A DNA stretch of 56,807 nt, filler included, from Catajapyx aquilonaris (Eukaryota), in NCBI GenBank assembly GCA_000934665.2. It is 2 parts of 2 records of this genome, joined end to end, with 100 filler letters (N's around TTAATTAATTAA, not from the genome) between each part and the next. Parts side by side here need not be neighbours in the genome. Positions count along the whole stretch, not along the records: positions 1 to 28,559 come from KZ539255.1; positions 28,660 to 56,807 come from JYFJ02004959.1. One strand, given 5' to 3'. Shown in pieces: positions 27,350 to 39,800 of this stretch. A program made the translations under genes and the position numbers. The notes below the pieces were generated by a model that did no database searches, was not told the origin of the DNA, and saw nothing but the letters and a program-made list of their open reading frames with translations. Numbering within the stretch: position 1 is the stretch's first letter; the number at the start of each line of letters is the position of its first letter.

Positions 27350-27960
27350 AACAGGAAAATGGCTGGGCGCACACTTGATCAAATCTCCAATGAAATATAC
27401 GCCTGAACGCAAATATCTCCCGAATTCCACCAATTTCCTGAGAGCGAACACCTCCCCAACTCGATTTACAGCTCGTTTTACAGCCGTATTTCCGCGTCGA
27501 TTGGCCAGAACTGCCAGACCTGCATCAAGGGGTGCTGGCACATCCGGACCGATCCCGGGGCGAAACCAGGGGTGAAAGAGACACGGCACATACAGTAATA
27601 ATAATAATTGCAAGAAAGATACAGTATCTTCCCACAATAACTAAATAATTAGCTCACTACCATTCTCTAAAATGTAAATATTGACATATTAATAGGGTTG
27701 CATTGATCGGATTCCCCTATGTTCATACGCGCTATTCCATAGTAATATGTGCAGAGATAGTTTATAAAACAAACTAGGCACAAACTTGCCAACATTAGGC
27801 AAAAAATTAGGCAAAAGTGTGAAAGTGAAGTTTGTACCGGAGAGAGAGAGACGCGCACCGCGACATCCGACGGTGATGTGCCGAAGTAAGCGAGTCAGCC
27901 GCACCAAGACCGTAACGCCACCCAGCCCGTAACGGCGTAAATGGGAATTCCGTGGCCGAC
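27350..27960 (-). promoter_or_regulatory. CpG-rich putative promoter/first-exon region of the zinc-finger gene
   Basis: Locally GC/CpG-rich segments upstream of the candidate UTR exons; the transcription start was not located. Confidence 0.35.
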
Positions 27961-28559
27961 TCTTATTTTTTTGCGATTTTTCCTTCTTTTGAGCTTTACG
28001 CCCCCCCCCCCCCCNCCCCCCCCCCCCTTATTGAAAATCTAGAAAACGCGGGCTAAATTTCGAGACCACTCCCAACGCTATACGCCGTACGGTGCGGGAG
28101 GAGTTGTGGCGACAGTCGGGTATTAATAATATAGATAGGCACAGAAGCAGGTCAAATAGATCCGTACTTGTACACCTCATTTTCCTAACGTAACTACTCA
28201 AGTGTGAAAATTTGTCAACTCTATCCTCACTTACGTGTTAGTGCAGTTCCTCAGTAATTCGAGGGAACATTTGAAATGCAGACTATATGATTGTAGCCTC
28301 TAAAATCCCATTTTGATTGCAATTTTAAACCCCATTTTTATGGCAACATTGCCTGGTACAATAATTTTCCAATCAAAACACAATCAATGGGCAAAATGGT
28401 CCCGAACAGCCCACAGACACTTATACTACGTTCTGGCGTTATCACCTGCCGAGGCATTTTGCAGCGAGTTCTCACCTGAGACCGCCATGAGACATTTCGG
28501 AGCCACGATAAGTGGCGACCCTACCGGACTAAGGCTGAACTTTATAGGTACGAAAGGGG

Positions 28560-28659
28560 NNNNNNNNNNNNNNNNNNNNNNNNNNNNNNNNNNNNNNNNN
28601 NNNTTAATTAATTAANNNNNNNNNNNNNNNNNNNNNNNNNNNNNNNNNNNNNNNNNNNN
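28560..28659. other. Artificial contig-joining linker N44-TTAATTAATTAA-N44
   Basis: Exactly 100 nt. The central 12-mer (28604-28615) is a palindrome giving stop codons in all six frames. Confidence 0.92.
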
Positions 28660-28906
28660 GGGAGGTGGGGGGACAAAAATTACTATAAACAAAGTATTTT
28701 CTACTCCTTACGTCTTTAGACAGCACTGACTGGACACCCAAGTTGGTGAATTTCATTAACTATATTATGCAAACATGAATTATGTAGAATTTCTGAAGCA
28801 CTCCTCTTGACAAAATTCACCAACTTGGGCGTCCAGTCAGTGCTGTCTAAAGACGTAAGGAGTAGAAAATACTTTGTTTATAGTAATTTTTGTCCCCCCA
28901 CCTCCC
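28660..28906. repeat. Near-perfect inverted repeat at the contig edge
   Basis: Arms of ~94 bp (28660-28753 / 28813-28906), one mismatch seen, ~60-nt spacer. Confidence 0.85.
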
Positions 28907-29487
28907 ACTCCCTTCCCTGAGAAGTACCCTTCATGTGCATAATTCATGATTTTCGGTTATGCCACTGTATTCCCCATCCCAAGAAACCTCTAGATCCCAA
29001 AAATCTCGCCACTAATGATAGCTTCCTCAGGGCCATCATAAAGTGGTCCATTCTTGGCCTTTTGACCCCTGTATCTCGAAAACGCTTGAGATCGAGGATT
29101 TCTCCAGAAGGGTGTTGTCCTTCCAGCTGATAAGGAACCCCAAAAAAATATTTCACCTTGAACTTCGAGTGACACTTCGAGAGGTTCCCTTAAGAGGGGA
29201 ACTCTTTCATGTAAAAAAACGCCATGAGTACAGGGTGAGTCCGTTGGGAGTTTCTCATAGTACAGTGTATAGTGATTATGTAAACTTGTCACGGTTATCG
29301 ACGTTATGCAAGCCAAATGATTCTTTAAAATGTATATTTAAAAGGCCCACCACGAATTAAAATGATTAATTTTGGCGCGAAGTTAATATCACGCCTCATC
29401 AAATTTTGGACAAAAATGAAGAAACAGCCCGAAAACCTGCCAAAAACTCAGCCGTCAACAGCCACATATTCCACACCATAGATGAGG

Positions 29488-29797
29488 TATCTAAGGACTG
29501 TTCACTCCCCCTCTTATCTCGTTGGGAGGGAAACGGGGAGGTAATGCACTACGGAACCAGAGGCGCCGTGCTGATCAGGGGCCAGACCGAAGAGAAGCAC
29601 ATCGCGTCTTATTTAAACCAATGAGCTGCTGGGCCCTGAGCGTGTTCTCTTTGAACTAGTCAACTAGTCATTGATGGCATCGATGCGACGTGCTTCTCTT
29701 CGGTCTGGCCCCTGATCAGTGCCTGTGGTTCCGGAGTGCATAACCTCCCTGGTTCCCTCCCAACGCAATAAGAGGGAGGGTGGCCAGTCCTTAGATA
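29488..29797. mobile_element. Foldback MITE-like element
   Basis: Imperfect inverted arms of ~120 bp: TATCTAAGGACTG...GGCCAGACCGAAGAGAAGCAC versus GTGCTTCTCTTCGGTCTGGCC...CAGTCCTTAGATA. Confidence 0.75.
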
Positions 29798-30125
29798 TAT
29801 AGTCCGTATTCCACACTAATACTCTCTCAATTGGGCTTGCTTGTACTACTCAAACCATAAATAACCTGATACTTAATATAGTCTACTAGTGTATTATGAT
29901 CGACAACAGTTAAGCAGCTGCAAAATGACTTGTCCAACAATTTTATACCCATGTTAAAAATCAGGAGCCCAGGCTTCACACACGCAACCAATTCATTCCC
30001 CTAAAACATATTTCATTTTCACTGGCCCCAATACCCCAACCTGGTAAGCTACAGGTCATTCCACATGACATCATCATGAGTATTAATTTTCAAATATTAT
30101 ACCTCGTCGGAGACATATTGATGTA

Positions 30126-30512
30126 CAGTACCGTTCATAAAGAAAGGTACGACTCTACATGGACGAAATGTTTAGTATTATGTTCCCAACCCCTGGGTCG
30201 CCAGCATGTTTTTAGGGGTCACGAGGAAGTCCGGGAAAAGGGAATCAAAATAAAAGAGAGAAGAAAAAAACAAAGGTAAGTAGGAAAATTTTAGGGGGGA
30301 AATTTGCATCAAATCTATGTAAGCATTGCACCGGGTTGAACATTTTGGTCATTAAAATTTTTATTTAATAATCGGGATGGGCCATACGGGTCACCAGAGG
30401 TCCAGACAAGGTTGTCCATTGGGTTTTGTCGAATTCAGGTTGGGAATAATGCTCGATAATCAGGATAAACATTTCGTCCATAGAGTCGTACCATTCTTTA
30501 TGAGCAGGACTG
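30126..30512. mobile_element. Tc1/mariner-type MITE
   Basis: TA|CAGTACCGTTCATAAAGAA...TTCTTTATGAGCAGGACTG|TA with ~48-bp imperfect TIRs. Confidence 0.75.
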
Positions 30513-30723
30513 TACCTGATCTCTCGTGAATTATTCAGCATTGTGCAATATATAAACTCTGAAAAATTATCACATTTTGAAGAAACCTCATTTTGGCCAT
30601 CATTGACACTCAAAAAAATGTCTGTGGGACAATGACTAAAAATCAGGAAGCGAGTTATTCGAAAAGCCCAAAACGTGGGTTTTCATAATAATCTTCCTGA
30701 TATATGATAATCGGGCTTGGATT

Positions 30724-31043
30724 AGAGAGGCGAAGTGATGCTGCAGTAATGTATGCGCCCACAGATGTAAAGGTCCTGGGTTCGATCCCAGCCCGGGGTT
30801 CCCCCTTCATCTCGTGCAGAGTTGGCCCATCTCTGGCTTCGTCTCGGCTGGAATTTCCATAAACTAATCCACCCAAGGGAGTTCACAAAATGACCACACC
30901 AACGACATTGCACTGCACTTTGCACATCCCCTCCTGTCATCTTGCCCGTGGGCCCAGGCATTACATAAAAAGGTTCTAATAAATGTACAGGACATAATAA
31001 AGGTCCATGCTATATACCCCCAATGAGGTCAAACACTACCCAG

Positions 31044-31074
<31 letters not shown>

Positions 31075-31122
31075 TATTGTTATTACTATTATTATTATTA
31101 TTATATTATTATTATTATTATT
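30724..31122 (+). mobile_element. tRNA-derived SINE, family B, with expanded (TTA)n tail
   Basis: B box GGTTCGATCCC; homologous throughout to 50414-50759; (TTA)n tail ~31043-31122. Confidence 0.85.
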
Positions 31123-31155
31123 GGGCCTGGAGAGATGGTAGGGCCTTTTGTTTGA

Positions 31156-31297
31156 AGGTATATCCGCCAGCAGCTGTGGCGTCTGTACCCGGTCATCGGA
31201 TGGCTTCGGACCGTGCTTAGGACTCCCCAGTGTTCTCCCGTGGGGGTAATATGATGGCCAGGTACAGACACCGCAGCTGCCAGTGGAAACATGCCTT
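31156..31297. repeat. Small imperfect inverted repeat (MITE remnant)
   Basis: ~43-bp arms: CAGCTGTGGCGTCTGTACCCGGTCATC versus GATGGCCAGGTACAGACACCGCAGCTG. Confidence 0.6.
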
Positions 31298-31636
31298 TTA
31301 TTTAATATCGAGCCCTGTGTTTGACTCTTAACAACTCCCAGGCAAATGATCCAAAAATTTAATGTTATACATCATTGTAAAGCTTGTTTACATCCACGTT
31401 ACATATGTGCGAGTTGTTTACCTATCATCAGAGTGTAATTTTTTATTGCAAGAAGAAGGTGTCCTCTTTAGACCAGTTGCTGACGTTACGCCACAAAAAA
31501 AAAATCTGACACTTCCCAGAGGCCAAAAAAATCCCTCTGTGAACCCGGGATAGTGCAAATCTTTGTCTATCTATTGATAAATTTGAAACTTTAAAATCGC
31601 CATTTGTGTAATCACAATGAAGTATATTGCACACAC

Positions 31637-31900
31637 GGCGGCACGGTGGCCGAGTGGTTAGCGCCTCAGCCTTCCACCTCTAAGGTCCCAAGTTCGATCC
31701 CCGGCTCAGACAGAGGGTACTTATGTGGATAGAGGTTCGAAGGGTTCTCTCCGTGTTCGCGTGGGTTTTCTCGGGGTTCTCCCGTTTCTTCCCACAATCA
31801 AAATCCATCACAGCGCAGGCAATGATTAAAGACAGGTATTTAAAAGATGATCCCCTAAGAGGCCCAAGGAGGCCTATCACAGGGTATCCATTATTATTAT
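31637..31900 (+). mobile_element. tRNA-derived SINE, family C, with V-SINE-like central domain
   Basis: A box TGGCCGAGTGG, B box GTTCGATCCC, central TTCTCTCCGTGTTCGCGTGGGTTTTCTCGGGGTTCTCCCGTTTCTTCCCACA, (ATT)n tail, 12-bp duplication TATATTGCACAC (31623-31634 / 31904-31915). Confidence 0.88.
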
Positions 31901-32586
31901 CACTATATTGCACACCTCTACTATCTCGTCCGTTTCTCGTCCGAATTACTTCGCTAATGTATCGATGGCAAGCCAGAAACGTGCTTGATAAAATTACCCA
32001 GTGCTCTATTACTACACTAAAATTTTTAAAAGTATTGTTTTACTAGGTTTAATAGACCAAGTACCCAGCCTGCTTTCTGGTGGGAATAGACGGCTTCTTG
32101 GCCCTCCTACCCCACTACAGAGAGCCGCAGGATCACCATCTATTCCTGCCAGAAAGCAGGATTGGTAGGCCTACTTGGTCTATTAAACTTACTAAAACAA
32201 TACTTTGAAATTTTTTAGTGTAATAGAGAACGGTGTAATTTTATCGTGCACATTTCTGCTTGCCGTTGATACATTCGCGAATTCGAACGAGAAATGGCCG
32301 AGATAACTGAGGTGTGCAATTAACTTATGATTACACAAATGGCGATTTTAAAGTTTCAAATATATAATTAGATAGACAAAGCTTTGCACTGTCCAGGGTT
32401 CACAGAGGGATTTTTTTGGCTTCCGGGAAGTGTCAGAAAAATATTCTTTTTGCGATCTAACGTCGGCAACTGGTCAAAAAAGGATACCTTTCTGCCTTCT
32501 TCGTGCGATAAAAAATTACACACTGATGATAGGAAAACAACTCGCACATATGTAATGTGGATTTAAACTAGCTTTCCAACGATATA

Positions 32587-33186
32587 CAGGTAAAATCTCA
32601 TTTTAGCGAATACCAATAAAACGAAATTTCAATAGAACGCAATAAAAATAAAATTTTGGTTGGCCAGCCGTAAGAGCAATGTATTTGTAATCCCGTTATT
32701 ACGAATTGCGTTAATAAGAAATTTTCAGTACGAGTACGAAAGGTGGTTCCCCGGCTAGTATTGAACCCGATATAACGAAATATGCACTAGTGCAATGCTC
32801 CGCCACACATGCTCCAGCACTGTCTAGCGATAAGCGAGTGTGTGGTTGTGCGTAACACCGTCAACAATCGTGAAATGATGGGGTAAAAGTTGCATCAAGG
32901 GGTAGGCAGTGTCTGTTTTGGGTAGTGACCAGGACACCGAAGACTCAGATGACCCTGACGACCTGTCTCTGTGGAGGTCCGTTGCTGAAAGCACCGGAGT
33001 GCCGGATGAAGTTACCTTCCACGATTTTGTAGCGGCAGATGACGACGTACATGTGTGCCAGGAGTTGACAGATTCGGACATACTTGCGGGAGATATAAAA
33101 ATAACCAGTCTCGATTTAACGAGATTCCGTTATTACGAAAAGATTTGCCCGGTCCCACGGGCTTCGTTGTAACGAGATTTTATCTG
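32587..33186 (+). mobile_element. Tigger/pogo internally deleted DNA transposon
   Basis: TA|CAGGTAAAATCTC...GAGATTTTATCTG|TA. Internal remnant VTPSTIVK*W...VTFHDFVAADDDVHVCQELTDSDIL resembles the acidic C-terminus of Tigger transposases. Confidence 0.78.
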
Positions 33187-33454
33187 TATAACATTAATTT
33201 TTTTGATCATATGGCTGGGAGTTGTTCCGAGTCAAACACAGGGCTCTATATTAAATAAGCAGATAGTATTCAAGGTTGCAGAGAGATATCCAACAGCAAA
33301 GAGAGCTAGGAAGTAGTGAGTTTGTCATGACGTGAGAGATGCAAGATGATGTGTTTTTTTTCGTGGCTCATAATTTTTTTCTCGGGTATTAAGGAATCCA
33401 GGTGTGCCATTTTTCATTTTGACAAAATCTTGCTTAGGAGTGGTGACATAAGTA

Positions 33455-33500
33455 TACCATGGGGTCCAAAAAGGACCCCACATTTCAAGGTAAGGGTTAA
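33455..33500. mobile_element. piggyBac-like terminus (one end only)
   Basis: Subterminal hairpin GGGGTCC-AAAAA-GGACCCC followed by ...AAGGG|TTAA; no partner end found. Confidence 0.4.
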
Positions 33501-34133
33501 GAAGCCTTAGACAGCCCAGAGGAGTTTCAGAAGTTAATAATTTTCATCACTGAACTTGACATTTCTGCTTTTCCTTGCCTCCTTGGTTTTAATCATAAGT
33601 AGTGGGGTGAATAAATGCATTATCCTTATCAATTGAAGAGGTCAGATTTTCAATCTAGAGCTTGGGCTCTTGATGGCTCACCACCATTGTGATAACCTGC
33701 TGCAATGAGAATTTGTGGAATGTGCAGCTGTTTGCATGACTACTTCAGAAGCAATAATGAATGTGCGTTTCAAGGGGGCTCACCAGGGGAACATGCTAAA
33801 ACCAGGACCCTTGAAAATAAATCAGGAGCCAATCTTATGCTCAAGCTTGATGGAAATTAACCATATGAGATGGTGTATGACATGGAATTTAATTTCTTCT
33901 AGTTTATAGACCTTGGCAGCATCTGGCAATATTTATCAGCAAATTATTTTTACAAATTCTGTTGGATTCAACTGTTACTATGAAAGTGCACTGAAAAACC
34001 TGACATGCAACTCCACGTCAAGGTCAGTCATGCAGCCCTCACTCCTACCTCCTTACAGGTGACATATTTTATATACCACCTTTAACATGAACCATGAAAT
34101 CATTATTCTTAATAAAATTTTCATAAAACAAAC

Positions 34134-36817
34134 CAGTGATGTAGAAGGATCAACATTTCGAGGAGACAGCCTGGTGTGGAGAGAATTGAACCAGGCGCAT
34201 AATTGATTATAGCTGTCCATAAAATGATTGAAGCCAAGGGAAACAGGTGACAAGGGGTGAAGCTCCCCGTTGGTATCCCGGCAGTTTTCTATCAGCTCAC
34301 TATCCATCAGAAAGTCGTAGTCAGACTTGAGGGCAGCCCAAAAATCTTCTTTGCTCTCATCTTCTCGGTTGCTGCCCCAAGACCACCGCCACCTTTCTTC
34401 TCTCTCACTCTCTCTAGCTCGCCTGCCAAAGAAACAATGCATGTTTTGTTTCGTTTGTACTACTCCACAATTATCACCCCTATACAATGCATCAGCGATT
34501 TAACCTGACTTTGAAAGTACTGTTAATTAAGGCCTACTGAAATTACAATCATTATGCAAATGAAGAGCAAGAAACTTGTTTTAGTGCTGGAGGAAATGAT
34601 GAGAAGTGTAGCCTAAACTGGACAATTTGTAGTGCTTTGAAGCAATAAGGGGGAAAGCTGTCACTCCAAATGCTTTCCGGTTGCAATGAATGAGCCTTTA
34701 GCATATCATTAGCATGTCACTGTCTGTACAATTACTTTGCAAATGCAGCACATCATGACTTCATATCATTACTTTATGGCACATCCCACAATATCAACTC
34801 AGTGCATATTTTTCCATGCAACTGAGAAGAAATGGAACATTAAATATTTAAAACAAAGTCCATGAGAATAACACCTACAGTTCAGCATAATATATCAACT
34901 AAATTCCACATCCTGCCAGATTGTGAATGGGAAATTTTCACACACATTTGAAAAACAAAGGGTCTCCAATCAAAATATACTCATTCTCGTCTCTCCAGTT
35001 AGTAATAGTGTAACATGCATTTTGTAGGTCACACTATAATACTGAAAATGCAATTTCATGCAATTGTTCCACACCATATGCAATCATGCTATTGGATGAC
35101 TTAACATCCAATAATAAAATTGCATGATGCATGCCATTCACAATCTTGTTTGTGGTGAGACAACTTGCTTCAGAAACCATTACATTGTATCCCACATTTG
35201 TCAGCCAAGCAACAGAATAAAAGTCAATCAGCAAGACACATGTGGGCAAACCAAGTTTTCATTTTGCACTAAGGCTCATCCCATACTTCCAATGTCTGCT
35301 AAGGAAGCACAGGCTATTAATTAGTGCACCACCACACCATACCCCACACCCCAGAACCTGGATAGGAAATCAACTCACCTAGATTTTTTGGTGAGGCTGT
35401 TGTATGGCCTCTGTACCCTCATCCTAACCTTCTCTGGAGTTTCATATCCTCCACTTCGAAGGCAGGAGAGAGAAAATGATGTCTTCAGCCCCCCACTGCT
35501 TGCCAAAGACTCGATATCTAAAGAAGCCAAGTTGCTGAATTATTATCAAATTGTCATTTGTCAAATGTTGGGAAAACTCGCAGGTAATTAAAATACAACT
35601 CTCACACCAATGAAAATTAAAATCAAAACTTAATAACATGGCATAATGTTAAGCTTCCACAATAAGTTACCTTCCGACAAATCTTGGAAAAACAAAACTG
35701 AAACTTTCAAGTAACACATCAAAGCTTGATGCAGTAGCAGTACTGCTTTGAACACACATCATTCAGTTAAGAATTAGAGGGAACTGTACACAACGCCTGA
35801 GGTGAGAACTTGAGTTGCAGTTAATCACCAGCCCATAAAAGGAGAAGTTTTGAAAGGAAGGCTCACCATGATTGACCAGTTGTTCCTGCCCATTGATTAG
35901 GGAGGAATTATTTTGATTGTTCTCCTGATGCATTTTAAGTGCCCTCCTTCGCCTGGTAGCTGGGTCAGTCGATGAAGGAGTGCTGCTGCAGCGTCTTCCG
36001 GCCCACCTCCTCTTCCACTTCTTGTGGCAGCGATAGTGGTGAGGAGTTTTGCACAGGCCAAGCAACTCACTAGCAGAGGAAGCCCGTTCTGACTCACTCA
36101 CAGAGCTCCATTCGGATGAGCTTGAAATTCCAGTCTTGTTGAGCCGATCTTCTTCATTCTCCTCTTCTCCCAGAGCGTTTTCTGGGTGTCCGAGGAGGAG
36201 GAAGCTCCACGATGATGGCACTTGGTTTCCGTTTCTTATGAGGCAGTCTTGTTCGCTCAGCAGTCCCGCTGATTTCTTACGCAGCTGTTTTTGAGTGCTA
36301 CAAGCCAGAGGCATCGTTAACGTTCCGTTCCACCAGTCAACTATTGTGCTGGACTCAAGTGAGCATAACTTTATGATGCAATAGGGTCTTTTAGAGAACA
36401 GTGCAAAAGATTAGAGGCCAATTGTATGAGCACTTCAGCAAACAATAGATCGTGGAAATACGCCAATGGGAAGCAAGATCACACCACACCAGATGCATTT
36501 ATGGCTCCAATAGGAAAATACTTAAAAGTTTGGCATGCCAGAAACAGGTGAGTCATTAAACTACAGTCCACTCCATAACAACTGGTAACACTGTTCTCTG
36601 CCTGATATGAAAAGCATACCAAGGCATGGCATATGCTGATGACAAGCACTAGCAATAAATCTCACAATTGCATCTCTTACCTGAGCAACAGATGCCAGTA
36701 TTCTTCTTCTCGCTGAGGTAGTGAATTTTTTTTGGTTGCAGTCTTACTTAAGGTTTTTCTCCATTCCTCTTCCACTCCATCCTCCTCAGCAGTTGTCCTT
36801 TTCTCCTCCCTAGTTTT
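34134..36817 (-). CDS. klar: Partial klarsicht-like (nesprin-related) gene, four exons visible
   Basis: Phase-compatible GT-AG exons 36817-36681, 36348-35867, 35517-35379 and 34422-34134 give one open frame. The last exon encodes EDFWAALKSDYDFLMDSELIENCRDTNGEL...FMDSYNQLCAWFNSL, which I recall as an arthropod klarsicht-family motif. The start codon and the downstream spectrin/KASH exons were not found. Confidence 0.6.
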
Positions 36818-39800
36818 CTGCAGAAAAAACGAAAATCCATTGGTTAAGTGGCGCCCAAAGCATGACTGCATCCTGCGGCAGTCTATGGAGGGGGTACCTT
36901 TTTCCAAGCCATTACCAAACGCACTTGAACGGCCAAAGCGTGAGCAAGGGAATGCACACGATTGACAAGAGCAGCGGGAAGAATGCTTTTTGCCCTCTCT
37001 CAAGGAAAGGGGTCAAATGGGAGTCAGGCACACGCAAATATATAAGTAGAAGAGAAAACTGGCAGCCAGAAAATAGAAGGAATAGAAAAACTGGGGGAGC
37101 TTCGCTTGCTCCTCTCTTCGTCTATGCTCCAAATCTGTCTGCCTCCTCCCCTGGTAGACAACACGCTCCCCCAATCAGCATCTCTTCTGCTTTTTTACTT
37201 CCACCTGCTTCCTCTGCCTCCTCATTTCCTCCTCCGGCACCTTGTTTTTTCTTTTCTTTTTTTTTTTTCTTTACCCCATTAGGCGGATGCATGGGGCCAT
37301 GAGTTGCACCCACAACTTATTCTGCCCTGTCGCATGTTCGTGACGGTTTAGAACATGTCCTGGTACCTCCTCAGAATTAAATCCAATTATGATCAGTGCC
37401 AACGCAGCAGATTCCAAGCAATATAACATCTTTCATCAGAGCAAGGTAAGGCACGTTGCAGCATTTGCCAGACGGAATATAAAAAATGCGCACATTTCCT
37501 TCCTAACATCAGGCCACAGCACACACATGACAATAGCATTTGAAAGTATAATCAGGTATGCACAACACCTGCAGGCCATACTAACTATAAGGAGTGGGAA
37601 GTCCAAAGTAAACACAACCCTACATTTCCATTGGTGGATCCTAAGCCCTCAAGTTATCTTACAGGTACAACATCTTCGGGAAGTCCTTGATTTTTTTTTT
37701 TTCCTGTCTCACCCCTTGGTCAACCCCTTCGCATTTAAGTGCATGACACGTTGGAATGTGGTTATCGCCATCTACAAGCCCTCTCGCCTTCCTTCTGTCC
37801 ACTTGGGAGGAATATTTGTCCCGCTGTTTAAAGAGGATCCTCCACCACCAGAATGATCGGCACAAGGTGGACAACCCCTCCCAGAAAAGTCAACCGTGAA
37901 AAAAATATACACATGTATCGCTCGGTGGCAAAATGGAAGATTCCCACGCCAAGAAGACATTAAGTGGGAATGTGCTCGCCCCCGACTCCCTTTCGGCCAC
38001 AAAAATTAATTTAATCTCACAGTTCCCCTAAGGGCAGGTACAAAAGGATGGGGCCATCACGACCACCCTCAGGCCATTTTAAACATCTGCCCCTGCGATC
38101 ATCCCAAGACCGCGCTTCCCAAACGAACACTATCGTTATTTTGTAACAGCCACAATAAAAAAACAATCGCAGAAAAGCCAGCAACCTTGACCTTCGGCTA
38201 AACCTGAACATGACAAACACATCCACCATATGTGAAATCACAACATGTCATGACCACCTTTTTTTTACTAGCCTCGTGCCACTAAATTACATGTCTGCGC
38301 ACCGATAAAAATGGCCAAAATGGTCCAACCTAATAGTGACCAGACTACAAGGCACGGCACGGAAATCGATCCTGCACAAAAACAAGTTCAAATTGTAGTT
38401 TGCGTAATTTATTGGCACGTGATAGCAGCCTTCAAATAGCAACAGAAACACATCGCTCGGGGCCCAGCCTCGCCCACTAATCTCCCCCACACGCCCTGCA
38501 AAGCCCACATATGGCGATAACCCCCCAGTCAAATCACACCATGAAGCAATTCTAATAATTGCACACCACTTATGCAAATCTCACCTAACAACGCTCCCAC
38601 ACACTTTCACCTTCGCATCCGCACATTCACTACCATACAAAAACTCTATAGAAAATACGAACTCGATAGAAAATAATAAAAAAATAAAATAAAATGCGTG
38701 CCGCACCTGCCCTAAATGACACGCACATTTTCGGGGTTAGGGGGAGTGACTCACTTTCCTGGAGGGTCTGGGTGGCTCTCCCGCCGCCGTCTTCCCCATT
38801 GACCGCACGCACACGCACAACCGCAAAGGCAAAAGCGCGCGTCCAAAGTGCCAACTGAATGGTTTTCAAATCAGGGTCGAGATGGGTTATGGGAAAGGGG
38901 TTGGACCGCAGATTATATAAGTAACGGGGTATGCAGCCTCCAGCTCAGGATCAAATGGCGGACTCTGGCACCTCTGACCTGAGACATGTCCTCACGCCGC
39001 ACGTCCCCTCCAAACCCCTATGGGAAAATGTGTCCCAAAACACGTGAGCCCAACACACACCGCCACCTATCGCATTTCAATGCGGAAATCGTCTAATGCA
39101 TGCATGTTCACTTACATAAAAAAAAGGAAGAACCGCATAGGCGAAAAATACCTTTCCCTTGCGGTGGAAAGTCTAGAAAGTGGACCTAAAGCAGTTCGGT
39201 TCCTACCAAGCCTGATGACATGATTGATAAGGCTTCCCCATCGAAGCCCAGCATCTCGATTTGGAAAGGCTGTAATTTCCGGGGCTACCACGAAAATTTT
39301 TCGTTCGATCGGGAGTCACGACCTTCCAACCCCTCCGGTTCTCCCAGTGAAAATCCACGCACAACTACGCACCCAGGACGCAGACGTAGCCCTCCCAGCC
39401 TCCCGATTAAAAACATATTTAAAAAAACCGTGTGTCCGACTGAGCGGAACATGTTTCTGTGGGAAAGAATGCCACAAAAAAAAAGATCAAAGTCCACCAT
39501 TATCATCCGTAACCGAGAGTAAAAGAGGGCATCAACGAGGGACAAAGTGCCGCCGATGCCGTCACCGCGGATTACTTAATGGCACCTGCACGCCTTTTTA
39601 CACGTTTATTGACCGGTGCCGTACCTGCACCATATAAAAATCCTTTCGGGCGGCCGCAGATAAAACTGTTGAAACCAACATTTACTTTAGGCCAACCTTG
39701 GCGTCCCTAGTGTTTACCCCCCACCGAATGATTTTCGGTCAACTAAGCCTATATCTCTGGTTGGATCAAGGGCAAAGTACACACAAAAACCCCTATATGG

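Larger units (their letters stand above)
31298..33258. mobile_element. Large foldback non-autonomous DNA transposon interrupted by a SINE and a Tigger-like element
   Basis: Left arm (31298-31634 plus 31916-~32090) is the reverse complement of the right arm (~32137-32586 plus 33187-33258), e.g. AGCCCTGTGTTTGACTC / GAGTCAAACACAGGGCT. Confidence 0.8.

Noticed and set aside
31023..31220. Poly-Ile/Leu/Tyr ORF
   Set aside because: Translation of the (TTA)n SINE tail.
37122..37313. Lys/Glu/Gly-rich minus-strand ORF as an extra klarsicht exon
   Set aside because: It derives from low-complexity purine tracts and ends in a stop with no donor site.
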